Source: Sphyrna mokarran (lineage: Eukaryota). From it: a DNA stretch of 64,000 nucleotides. Both the position numbers and the translations under genes were made by a program. The notes under the pieces were generated by a model. That model searched no databases. It worked only from the letters and a program-made list of their open reading frames with translations, and was not told where the DNA came from. This document shows positions 48,001 through 60,858 of the stretch, piece after piece. The DNA lies in the NCBI GenBank assembly GCA_024679065.1, contig JAGIQG010000024.1, positions 3,100,001 through 3,164,000 on the forward strand, in the 5' to 3' direction. Position 1 is the stretch's first letter, and every line of letters begins with the position of its first letter.

Positions 48001-49048
48001 TGCCACATTTTCCTAATCATGCAAAGACCTAGACAACTTAGCATTTTAAAGCTTAAACTGAAAACATTTCTACTGTAGATGAACTTTTACAAACAGCTTT
48101 TATTAAAAAGACTTGGTATAAAAATCCCTTTTTTTTTTACAAGCTTCTACCAGAAAGAAAAAAGTTTGATCACAATACCTCTGCTGTTTTGGAAAATAAT
48201 CCAATTCCTCCATCAGATATCAGTTCCTGCATTTGTCTTACAATAAGATTGCAGATAGTTATCTAATGGCATTGGCAAATTATACCTTTACAGTCAAGAA
48301 TGAAAAGAAATATTCATGCAAAATACACAAATCAATACTACAGGAAGCATGCCAGACTACTGCATTGCATAAGCACACACATGAACAAAACATAAGGTTG
48401 TGGGCAACATATTGCCAATACTTTTGATTGTGCTTAAGATGATCAGTTGAGTAAAATAAGGAGAATTTCTGTAAATTGATTACCCAAGCAGTGTGTTTTA
48501 GGCAATTATTTAAATGATGTAAAACCTCACACTGAAGTTATGTTAATACAGCACTGCACTGATGACATGTCCTTTGTTAACAGTAACCATTACAAATTTT
48601 GAATTCACACAGTTTTGATTTTACCAGCAGCTTTATTAATCCATCAGAATATCAAACTGGGAAAACAATTTAGTATAGTTTTGGACAATCAGTATAGAGG
48701 GCACTGCTTTATAAAAAAATTACTAACAGTAACATAGCCATGGATCAAATATACTTTTCTGAATTTGCCTAAAAACAATAGTGAACAAGTGGACTTTCAA
48801 TGAACCAATGAGTAACATTAATGTTAATGGCACTTTGAACCTTATTAACTGGTCAGTTGTAGTTACTGCATCATTCTGTTTAAAATCATGGTAGAAATCT
48901 TTCAAGCACCATCAACAAATTAGTCTTGCACACTAAGTTTTCCTGTAGTCATAAAACAGTACCCACCTTCTCTTAACAACTACAAGACCCCAAAAAACAA
49001 AAGAAAAAAGCACAAATGGAAGCTGCAAGTTGATGACCATCCATTGCT

Positions 49049-49271
49049 TCAGTCCTCATGGTGACTGTCAGATTTGTGGCCACTCAGTGACCTGGATTTC
49101 GATCTAGACCTGGATCTTGAATGGCTGCATGACCTTGATTGCGATCGTGTCTTAGAATCCTTTCTGGATGCCGATTTTGATCTTGAAACAGACTTTGATC
49201 TGGATCGGGACCTGGATCTAGATCGGGACCTGGATCTAGATCTGGAATAAGAACGATGGCGACGCCTGTGC
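49049..49271 (-). CDS. SRSF10: SRSF10 last coding exon (RS domain)
   Basis: Acceptor ttatttctag, phase 2; RHRRRHRSYSRSRSRS...SDSHHED*. Confidence 0.88.
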
Positions 49272-49893
49272 CTAGAAATAACGAGCAGTTTGTTACACAA
49301 TGTAAGATTCCATTTTAAGTAAAACAGATCAAGTTACCAGCAAATACATAGCTTTCCTCTTTCATTCTGCTTTTTTTGCTACGTCCTACATCGGTCTATC
49401 TCTACACTAGCAAAACTCTACTTGGCAATTAGAAACCAAACAAAAAATAAATAGGATGAGGGGAAAAACAGCAAAAGTAGAAAGCTTATGGGTACTGGGG
49501 CAGAGAATGTGCAAAGGGTAGCTTACGTATAAAAGGACATGAACAAACTTGGAAGAGATAAGAACCAAGAACGCCAGGAGGAATGCTTTCCCTTAAAATA
49601 TAAAACTGCAAATACCACTCATGTGCATTTAGTAACTGTAGCTGCATTGGATAAGGAAACAATCAGAAACTCTAACTTCATTGCACACTAAAAATTCATA
49701 CTATTTCCTCTTGGACAGTATATTCTACAGAAGGCAGGTAAAGAGCCAAGCCTATCAATTTTTTCTCTAATGCAAAGTACTATAATTTGAACGATCTTGT
49801 GGCACTAATCTTAAAATAAAATCAACTTTATACTTAAAAAAAGCCCATAACACATCCTTTAGTTTTAGGCCAATGCAGTCTACGTGACCCTAC

Positions 49894-49953
49894 CTGTCAT
49901 TGAAAGAGTTACTACGGCTGCGTCTACGCTTTCCACTTGATCTGCTCCGTGAA
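49894..49953 (-). CDS. SRSF10: SRSF10 short RS exon
   Basis: tttttgtatgcag| ... AG|gtaggg; 60 nt; NSRSRSSGKRRRSRSNSFNDR, comparable to human NSRPTGRPRRSRSHSDNDR. Confidence 0.85.
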
Positions 49954-50040
49954 CTGCATACAAAAAACCGAATAAAGATCTGAGAAATATATTATGCTGA
50001 ATTTAGGATAAAACACAATATGCGTGTTATAATCACATAC

Positions 50041-50212
50041 TTTTTAGGGCTGTCAGACCTCCTGTGACTTCGCTCATATGAACGACTTCGAGATCGCCTT
50101 CTGTCATAACTTCGACTCCTGGATCTCCTCCGCCTATCATAGTCATCATAACGGTCATATCGTGGTGAACTTCGCGATGATCTTCGTTCCTTTGATTTCA
50201 TCTGACCAGGTG
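50041..50212 (-). CDS. SRSF10: SRSF10 exon (TPGQMKSKE...YDDYDRRRRSRSRSY...SPK)
   Basis: ctgactatag| ... AA|gtatgt; 172 nt; phases agree with the neighbouring exons. Confidence 0.92.
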
Positions 50213-50472
50213 CTATAGTCAGAAAGACAAAATTCTCAATTTTAGAACAGCAATCACTTGTTGAATACATCTTCCCTTTCCCTGCACTTCCAAATACAAG
50301 TTTCCCATGAAGCAAATGGGAATACTTTAGCAGCTTCAAAGTCAGCATGGACAACTAGTATTTTGTTATTCTACATCACCTACAACATATACTAGGCCTA
50401 ACATATACTAGGATACAGCTTTCCCAGAGTGGAGACTTTCATTCCAAAAAACTGCATAGACTTGCTTAGCTA

Positions 50473-50754
<282 letters not shown>

Positions 50755-51909
50755 TTAAGGGGGCTTTTCACTTTCACAGGTTTCGAACAAATCCTACAAT
50801 CTTCAATACACATTTTCAACCACAACATTGTTTTGCCAAAACTTAGAAAGTTTGTTTTTGTACTACATTTAAAATATACGATTCCAAAACTACATTACCC
50901 TATATAAATTCTTACAGAAAAATCTATGTTTAATATTACCAAAATGAGTCATAATTAAGGGTAATCCACCAAATTTAAGTGAATTAGATCTACAAGAAAA
51001 TGCAGAACAGCAATAAAGACAATATTACATCCTAATACTATTAGATTGTAACTACCCCATCACCGCATGAAATTAGATCAATAAAGCTTTTTCTGATCTT
51101 TTTAAAGTACGTTCTCATTCATTAATAAAATCAGATTTAGCAAAATGCTGCAAACAATTCAGTATTAACTTGTAAATAAATATAAATCATGTCATACAGC
51201 TGGTCAAAAACATGAAAATAACATTTAAGTGTTTCACTCCAGTAGGATGTATTCTTCCTTGGAGAGGAACTGTAATGATATGTCACAATAGTAATCACAC
51301 TGGAAAAGGGCAGAAGAGGCCTGCTTGTTGGGCAAGTGCCTTCCCATAGCTCACAGGCATCTGTAATGACTGTCAAGCCTTGCTTTAATTCACTAAGACA
51401 CCATCTATTAGTGGCTGCAATTGTAATTCTGCAGCACCTAACTGGTTTAGAAGTGGCTATGTAACTTCTAAGAAATGGAATATGAAAGCAATTTAAATCA
51501 AAGAAAAATTCAAATATGGGATTTTTAAAAAAGGAGATCCACTGATCTTTAGAAAAGTGACAATGGCAGAAACTAAGTGAAATCAAATGTCAAGAGCATT
51601 CTAAAGCCTTAAAAAAAAACTCATGTCCTCTATTTCGCACTTGTCATAGTCTCTCTGTTCAAGTCAACACAGCTGGAAACAAAAAAGGTCCAGAAAATGC
51701 TCCAAACAAAATTTTTGAAAAGAACATAAAGGAATGAATTTATCTGCAGCACTGAGACTTAAGATTTACCAGTTAAACGTTTCAATAAAGAACTGTATTA
51801 CACAAGGATTATTTAAGTTTGTAAAAATCACAATTAAAAACATAATATTTAAGAGCGAATGAATTGTTTTCACTATGGTAGGATACAACATCAGGACTTT
51901 GCTGGTTAC

Positions 51910-52244
51910 CTTAAATTTGGCTGTAAACTTGACCTTGCACCGTCAGCTTGACCTTTAACTCTTTAAGTGCTTGCCAGAAGGACTTGACATGAGGCGCTGG
52001 CCCAAATAAGACACTTGGCTTTGACTTTGACAAAACAACCTTTTTTCCAATTGCAGACAAATCGAAGCCTTGACTTTTTCCCTCTTCAAGCTTTAATCTT
52101 TTTCACCCTCCCTCTCTTTTCTTCAAGCCTGATCCTTAAGAGGTCTTTGGCTTGTCTGCTTGTCTTATGCTTGGATTCTATCTAAAAGGCTCTTTCATAC
52201 TTTCTTTGTGGGTTCGCCAGTTACAGCGGATTGCTTTAAATTTT
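51910..52244 (-). other. SRSF10: putative GA-rich poison (autoregulatory) exon of SRSF10 inside the minor intron
   Basis: Acceptor ctttttgttgttgttgcctcag|, donor AAG|gtaacc, 335 nt; stops in all three frames within 70 nt; purine-rich GAAGAAAAGAGAGGGAGGG tract. Confidence 0.7.
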
Positions 52245-52669
52245 CTGAGGCAACAACAACAAAAAAGTTATGTCAGGGGATGGGTATAAAAAGACAAACA
52301 TGCAGGGTTTGAAATCACTTTTTTGACTACCACCAAAATTAGCCAAAAAAGACACCAGCAAGTACGTTTTTTTTAAAACAAACAGCTAAAAGTTGTCACA
52401 TTTTCTATGAATTAGATGAACTTCTGATTAGAAATACATACCTTACAGCATAAATGTAAAGAGAGAAAAAATGTTAGACAAGCAAGAATGGGGTGCACTA
52501 CATAAATTCAGAACCAGCAAATCCCTGCAGCACCAACTCAACAAGCAGTACATGAGTTACACAAACTGGAGCAGTATGATTGTTTCTGCATTATAAGCAT
52601 AATAACCACTAATTTATTGAGTAAGTTTCCTAGTCCTGCCAAAACATTTATGTTAACAGGAACATTACA

Positions 52670-52955
52670 ACAACTTCATCTTGAAGTTTTAGTCGTAGGT
52701 AGGCTTACGTTAACGCTGCAATGAAGTTACTGTGAAAATCCCTTAGTCACCACACTCCGGGGCCTGTTTGAGTACACTGAGGGAGAATTTAGCATTAACA
52801 ATGCACCTAACCAGCACATCTTTTGGGCTATGGGAGAAACCCATGCAAACACAGGGAGAACGTGCAGACTTCACACGGATAGTGACCCAAGCCAGGAATC
52901 GAACCCAAGTCCCTAGCACTGTGATGATGCAGCAGTATTAACCACTGTGCCGCTG
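52670..52955 (-). mobile_element. HE1/V-SINE-like element
   Basis: gcggcacagtggttaatactgctgc...ggacttgggttcgattcctggcttgggtcact head and V-domain. Confidence 0.8.
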
Positions 52956-53899
52956 TTTACTGTCTTCATCTTTAATTTTAATATCTAGGTTGTTCCAAAT
53001 GAGCACCAAAATACTTACCACACAACATTGTTATGCAACAATCCTCAAGTTACTTCCTCCATTTTTTAAAAAAAGTTTTCGTACAAAAGTGTATTTTAAT
53101 GCTCTGTCTAATGTGCAGTATATAGAATAAAAATGAAAACCCATTAAACACCAATGATCTCATGGTAACTGACATGAAATTTTGTAGTATTTGAGACCTA
53201 CAGTTTCTCAAAATTGCACTACTATCGCAGTCTTCCTTGGACAAATGTTATACTCTCTTTAATGAAATTAAACTTATATAATCTGTCATTCCTTGATATA
53301 AAATTATCCAATGATTTGAATGTAAATAAACCAAAGCAGGAATTGAATTGAAACTAACTGATCTAAATATACTGCATACAATAAACATGTACAGGCATAG
53401 AAGTATGATCAGGCATGTTAAAAAGAGCATGCCAATTTTTAAATTTAAAATCTTACTCAAGTTTTGATTCTGTTTAAAGTCAAAATCAAGTGTTAAACAG
53501 CACTGATCCCATAATTTTGCATTTAAGATATCTGAATCTCTGGAAAAAAAATACTCTACCTTGATCTGTACAGTGTCAATTTATCCTCAAAAGGACTTGC
53601 CAAGAGATGAAATTCTCAATTCAAAAAAGTCACAGATCAGTTGAAAGATTTATTATTAGTCCAAATATTTACTGGGATTGGGGCTCAAAACTCCTTTTGA
53701 TACAGAATTCTGTCTCAACTCAAAATGATAACACAAGAGTGTGTCAGTGTATGTAACACTTGTATATAACCCACAGGCAAAGCAAGCATTCACTATTGGT
53801 GCACATAAACTAAACACATTCCTCTGGACAGCAAAGTAGATGTTTCAGTCAGGCAATGCAAACAGACTGCAATTATTGACTTCAGACCTGTAGTTAGTT

Positions 53900-54142
53900 C
53901 AAGATGTAGAGATGCTGGCGTTGGACTGGGGTAAACTCAGTAAGAGGTCTGACAACACCAATTTTAAATCCAACCGATTTATTTGATAGTAAAATTGCAA
54001 GCTTTCGGCCTTTGTAGCCTTCGTCAGGCAAATAAGGAAGGCTACATTCACCTGACAAAGGCTACAAAGGCCAAAAGCTTGCAAGTTTACTATCAAATAA
54101 ATTGGTTGGATTTAAAATTGGTGTTGTCAGACCTGTTACAGT
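53900..54142. mobile_element. inverted pair of Penelope-like pseudo-LTRs, each with a hammerhead motif
   Basis: 53940-54028 is the near-exact reverse complement of 54051-54139, with a 22-nt spacer. Confidence 0.85.
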
Positions 54143-56089
54143 TCAATGCAGCCTTTCACTGTCCACAACTAACTTCATTAACTTTTTTCCAAATGCTTTA
54201 AGTGACAATAAAAAATATTCTCAAAATACATAAGGAATTAAAAATATCACAGCAGGCCAATCAAGATTTTATGACTTGAATTTTGAATATGCAACTGTTC
54301 AAAGGGAATTGCTTATTTTTCAAAGCAAAGCTACAGGCCCTTCCCAAAATGCCAGCTGTAGAAAAATCTTGTGCTCAGCAAGATATTGCGGTACAACTAC
54401 AACAATGGTATCTAGCAGATGTAGAATATCACCCAGGTGTATTCTGCTCACAAGACAGAACTAGTTCAAGTCTGCTAGCTAGCATCTAATCAGCCCAAGC
54501 CTGTCATATGAAAAGTTTTCAGCAGCACTATCAAGGCAAAATGGCTCAATGATCTTCTCTTCATCAACTCAGCTTGGGTTTCACTAATCTGCCCAGCTCC
54601 AGAACTATTTACAGCCTTTGTTGAGACAAGGACATGAGCTGAATTATATTTAAGCCAACTGAATTGGGAGAAATTGTTCAGAAGCTAATATCATATGATA
54701 CAAAGAAATGCAGTAACTCAACTACATATCATTGCTGCAAGGTTAAACGATCTGGAGCTTTAACATCAACATTCCTTCCATAAGGAGTTTCTTACTTTAC
54801 TGATTATTGAAATGTTCAACTCAATTTGTAATTCCTCCGATGAAGCAGTAAAAACCTGACTGCAGCAAGGACTGGAGAACAGCCAGGTTTGGTGAATAGC
54901 ATGAACACTCGTGCCATGCGAGTGCCAGACAATGACTGTCTCCTGCATGATAGGCCAATTAATGGCATTAAACTGGCCAGAAGTCCATCAACATCCCAGA
55001 GAGTACCAAGAACCTGGAGTCCAACTGAGCCAATCATGTAATTTCTATGGTTGTTAGAGGTTCAAGACTAGGGATTTTGTGGCAAGTAGCTCACTTCCTT
55101 CCTACATTCTACACAGTAAGAGTCAGTTAAGTGTGATGCAATACTTCCTACTTGCTTGAACAGGTTGAACTGCAATAGCCAAGAAGCTGCTTGACTGGCA
55201 CCTCACAGATGAGCTTAAACTTTCATTGCTTCCACTACTGGCTGCAGTGTGTGCTACACACAGGATGCACTGCAGAAACTCATCATAAATTTTATGCCAG
55301 TACAAAGTGCAAGGAAATACTATCTTCATGTTGTACACAATGATGACTGGACAGCTATTGTTATTTTACTAGGTCAAATCAGTGGAGCTGCAAATCTAAG
55401 TGTTCAGATTTTCACTGAACTTGACCTCAATTTAAACTATTCAAAGATTTTTCCCATTCTAAAAATTTACATTTTTAGATTTTAGGAGAATGTACATTAC
55501 CAGAAGAATCCTCCTAAAACTAGTTCAGTTAAAAGTCACTAACAGGTTATGCAATGATTTGACATATTTATAAATGGAACATTTTGCAATATAACAAACA
55601 TTTATATTAGTCCCATTATGGAAATACAGTTTTCCCTCAGGAAGGTTGCTTCTGATATGTATACGTTAGCTTTTACAGAAGATTAGATCCAATCCCATTA
55701 TTCAATTTGGTGTAGCAAACAGTGCTACCTTCAGGTGGTCGCGGTATGTTTAACGTACTAGAAAGTGTGTGCATATCCATGACCAACTTGAAAATAAAGC
55801 TGTTTTTAAATTCAGAATACACAAACATGCCAATTCCCAGTATTTATGTTACAAAGTCCTGGTCCCTTTACTATACCTGACTACTGATTTATCAAATCCA
55901 TAAAAACTTATGTCTACAAATCTCAATGAATGCAGGGACAACAGCATATTGCAGGGTTACTCAACAAGGAATCCAAAGGCTAAGATTAATGATGTGGAGA
56001 TGCCTGAAGGAGGAATGACACTCCTAAAAGCTCATACTACCAAACAGACTTGTTATTTAACCTGCTGTTTTGAGACTTCTTACTAAGAT

Positions 56090-56410
56090 TAATAATGCAG
56101 CAAGTAGAGTTCAAATCTCACCATGACAGTTGGAGGAATTAAAATCAATAAATTGCTAGTCTTATCAATAATGAGTATTTTGCTATGTTTGTAATGAAAA
56201 ATTCATCTGATGAACAAACGTCCCACGGGGGAGAAAATCTGCACCATATCCTGTCTGGCCGACATGTGACTCCAGGGCTACAGCAATGTGGCCGAGTCCT
56301 AATTGTCCTAAAAATGACAGAATATCATTGGACAGTCACCATCACATATTCAAAAGACAAGTGGAAATGACCAATAAATGTCGGCCTTGTCAGTGGTGAT
56401 CACATTTCCA
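56090..56410 (+). mobile_element. decayed SINE
   Basis: B-box-like gttcaaatctcaccatgacag; tail caataaatgtcggccttgtcagtggtgatcacat related to the minus-strand piece at 46295-46350; related head at 9345-9480 (-). Confidence 0.5.
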
Positions 56411-56551
56411 AACCAAAATTAATAGAAAAAAATATTGAATTACATTTGCTCTTCTCAAGAGCAGACCAGAGGGGATTGGAGGAATTTACAGTGATATCGA
56501 ATTAGGGAAGCAAAAGGCTCACGCATCTGAATCTGTAATCATCCATACTTC

Positions 56552-57756
56552 TAGAAATAATGTAGGGGGGCGGTATATGATAAAGGGTAGACCTATTAAG
56601 AGTATAGAAACACAGAGGGACCTGGAGGTGCAGGTGCACAAGTCTCTGAAGGTGGCAGAGCAAGTGGAGAAGGTTGTGAAGAAAGCATATGGTATGCTAG
56701 CCTTCATAGGAAGGGCTATAGAGTGCAAGAGCTGGCCTTTAATGTTGCAGTTGTATAAAATGTTGGTTAGATCTCATTTGGAATACTGCATCCAGTTCTG
56801 GTCACCTTACTACTGGAAGGATGTGGAGACTCTGGAGAGAGTGCAGAGGAGGTTTACCAGGATGCTGCCTGCTATGGAAGGTCTGAGTTACGAGGAGAGG
56901 TTAGGCAAATTGGGACTGTTTTCCTTAGAAAGACGTAGACTTAGAGGAGATCTAATAGAGGTGTACAAGATTATGAAGGGTATAGATAAACAGGGCTAAG
57001 CTTTTTCCTTGGATGGACTCGAATAGCACGGGGGTCACGGGCTTAGGGTGAGGGGGGTAAGGTATAATTTGGATGCTAGAGGGAGTTTTTTCACACAGAG
57101 GGTGGTGGGGGTATGGAATGCGCTGCCAAGTAAAGTGGTGGGGGCAGGCACTCTGGAGGTATTTAAGAAATACTTAGATGGGCACATAAACAGAATGGAA
57201 ATGGAGGGGTATAGAAAACTGATATAAAATAGGGATCATGAGCCTTGGGAGCCCCTGGGAAGTGTGTCAATAGATGATGATATTGATGTACTTGTTTTTA
57301 TCCTACAGGTGCTTTGGTCCACCTTATTGTCTAACAAGGGACATACACGCGATGGGTCGTGAGAGGGCTGCTCTTGGATTTTTTTCGAGAGTATCCTAGT
57401 GCTTCACGTCGTTAGTGTACACTTGACCTGGACCATTTGATGGGCAACACGACAGTTCAATGACTATCGCTGCGCTGTGCAGATACATGGATTTGGGCCT
57501 GTCTCTGTGGGAGTTTGCACATTCTTCCTGTGCTTGTGTGGGTTTTGTCCAGGTGCTCCGGTTTCCTCCCACATCCCAAAGATGTGCTCTTAGGCTAATT
57601 GGCAAAACAAATTCTCCCTAAATTGTCTCAAATTTGGTTTTTAATCCATAGATCTATAAACAGACAGGGATCACGGGTAGAGGTGGGAACATCGAGGTGG
57701 CGGCGCGGGCTCGTTGGGCTGAATGGCCTGTTTTATGTGCTGTTTTGTTCTTTGTA
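56552..57756 (+). mobile_element. 5'-truncated CR1 with complete composite 3'UTR; same subfamily as 1-3469; antisense within the SRSF10 U12 intron
   Basis: ORF 56577-56999 is nearly identical to 2346-2770; the 3'UTR is nearly identical to 3006-3469 and continues to a gttttgttctttgt tail. Confidence 0.93.
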
Positions 57757-57787
57757 ATGTGAATCCAAATGACTTTTTAAAAAGAAT

Positions 57788-58215
57788 CAGCTGTGGTTCA
57801 GTTGGTAGTTCTGCCGGAGTCAGAGGATTGTGGTCAACGTCCACACAGGATTGGGTCACAATAATCTAGGCTGACATTTCAGTGCTGCACTGAGGGAGTA
57901 CTGCACACAGAGGCGCCGTCCTCAGATGAAATGTTAAACCAAGGCCTCTTCAGATGAATGTAAAAGTTACCAATGCACTATTTTGAAGGGGAGTTGGGTG
58001 TGCCCTGGTGTCATGGCCAATATCTATCTCTTAATCAGCATCGCAAAACTGATTGGGTCATTGTCACATTGCTGTTGACAGGAGTTTGCTTGGCACAAAT
58101 TGGCTGTTGTGTTTTTTACATGACAAGTGACTATAGTTCAAAAGCATTTCACTGACTAAAGTGCTTTGGGATATTTGGTGGGCACAAAAGCAGCTATACA
58201 AATGGAAGTCTTCCT
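57788..58215 (+). mobile_element. Deu-domain SINE (SacSINE1/AmnSINE-like)
   Basis: tRNA-like head; Deu-like core gaggcgccgtcctcagatgaaatgttaaaccaaggcc...ccctggtgtcatggccaatat; L2-type tail aaagtgctttgggat...gctatacaaatggaagtct. Confidence 0.72.
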
Positions 58216-59471
58216 TTACTTAAAATAACAGGATTTCTACTAAGCAATTTTCATACTGACAAAATGTTAAATTCCAGGTGTTTCAGGGTTTTCCTATTAT
58301 TGTCTATAGGTAACAATATGAAATGTAGCAGCGCTGCATTTAATGCAGGATTTTAAGCATTTAGTGTGCTCACTACAGCTACAATACCATGAATTTTAAA
58401 TGCCTAATTTAAATTTAAATCACAGATTCAGACTATCATTTTTACTTTTAAAAGCACAAAACCATGATTCACTTGAGACTTTAACCAAGCAGCTAAAATA
58501 TTTAAAACTTATATGGTCACCATTTATTACACAGCCTCTTACTTGTGCTTTGGAACACTTCTGGAAACTAAGTTAAAATGACAATACAAGCTAAGCAGAA
58601 TGCCTTATTTATCTTTATAAGTTTACTTTAAAAACTATATAAACTATTACATTTTACATTCTTACATATTTAAATAGTTTGATGTTTTTTAATTATGTGT
58701 AAAATTGTATAAGAAATTGGAACAATTGAATTTAAGATACAAAATGCTGCAATATGCACACTTCCCCATATTACAATAAAATGCAGCGACACGGGAATAC
58801 CAAATTTTGGTTTGTAAATTTGTTTGATTTGTAATTAAGTTTTGGGTATTCAGGATCTGGAAAATGTGACACAAAACCATTTCCACTCAGTGTACAGCAT
58901 CTAATCTCCAAGCAATGTATTATATTACATTGCTACAAGTGTGTGCTAATCAACTAGGTAATCTTTATGTCAGAATTCACATGCTAATAGCACTGAGTAA
59001 CAGCTCTAATACTGCTTCACACCCCTTTACTGGAATTATTATAATTCATGCTGAAATGTAATCTGGCCATTCCCAAAAAGCTTTCAGATTTATCAGAAAT
59101 TTAATTGCTTGATATTACAGAACTTAAATATTGCTGAAGAGACAGACCAATTTAAGTCATTTGACTCATTCACATTGACAAGAAGCAACATGGATCTACT
59201 TGATGCGACCCCTTCTCTGCAAATAAAAAAAACACATTCAAGCTTTGTAGCTTTCCTGAATAACCCAGGAGCATGGGAGCCCACAATTCCCCACTGCTTT
59301 CTGCACTGCAACACTTTGGCCAGGGTCAACTTGCCAACTGATCAGCATCTTTTCTTTGGCTGTATAAATTGAAATCATTTGAAATTTGGCACTCTTGATA
59401 AATCTGGCATTCTTGATGAATACAAGATGAAAAGGTTGGCAACATGTTTTCTTTTCAATAAATAAAAGCAA

Positions 59472-59655
59472 ATTACTGCTGAAGCTGGAATCTAAAACCA
59501 AAAGAGAAATTGCTGGAAAATCTCAGCAGGTCTGGCAGCATCTGTAAGGCGAGAAGACAGCTGATATTTCGAGTCGAAACATCAGCACTTCTCTCTCTTT
59601 ACAGCTGCTGCCAGACCTGCTGAGATTTTCTAGCAATTTCTCTTTTGGTTTTTCT
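59472..59655. repeat. palindromic repeat (same family as 40485-40660) in the SRSF10 intron
   Basis: aaaaccaaaagagaaattgctggaaaatctcagcaggtctggcagc...gctgccagacctgctgagattttctagcaatttctcttttggtttt, with arms of ~75 bp. Confidence 0.85.
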
Positions 59656-60606
59656 TTTCAGCAATATTCAAGACGTTTAATTACAGTCACCATAGCTAGC
59701 ATGACAGTGTGTCTAATTCAAATACAAATTTCCACACATGCAAGACTTCCGTACAGTCCCCAACACTTAAAATGTCCACGTTCAAAGTTAGTGGATTACA
59801 TCACACAGAGAGCAACTTATTTATTTGCACTGTGAATTTCAAAGCTGCCAGAGGCAGCATCTGCAGCGTTCTTTAGTTTGGACAGAAAAAGCTATATTAG
59901 GAATTGCTAAAACATGAATTATCTTTATTTTTACACTAAACACTGTTGAACTTCATCTCAATAAAATGCTGATCAAATTAAATCAGGATCTATGATTTAC
60001 AGGATTAAAATTTAACTGGACTTCTAATTTCCATGACAGCCAGTTGAGAATCTTTTTCCTGAGAGGCATTTAAATTCAGGGCAACGACCTATCCTGACTA
60101 TTTGAACTGTGCAGATACTGGTCAAGGAATATGACAACGAAGGCCAGACAGGCTATCGGATTGGGAGCAATCCGAGTCTAAACCACTCAACTGTTAAGGC
60201 TCATGAGGAAACTGATTTAGAGTGGATAGGTTCTCCTGTGTTGCAATATTAATGTTTCGGTGAAACTGACTGACAAGACTAACCTCAATTAGCTCAATTT
60301 TAAAAAAGATTTACTCTTACAATGAGAGTTTAGTTAAGATTATTTCTCAGCAAAAGGATTAATTTTTTTATAACCTCATGATAGCAATGCCGTGTTATAT
60401 TAGCCACTGCATACAGCAGGCAAATCGTGTTCATAAAAGCGTGACCACTGTGAGCGATGGAAACTGTATATAGCAACAAACACATGCCCTTGGCATTATC
60501 TCTTAAATATGATCCCAGCCCCAAGCAGCAATTTCCAAAAGAACAGAGCTATATTGAACCAGACTGAACTTGACATTCAAATGCATCATACAGTGAAAAG
60601 ACCTCA

Positions 60607-60858
<252 letters not shown>

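Noticed and set aside
49120-49250. Tandem GATCTAGA/GACCTG repeats
   Set aside because: Explained by the Arg-Ser dipeptide codons of the SRSF10 RS domain
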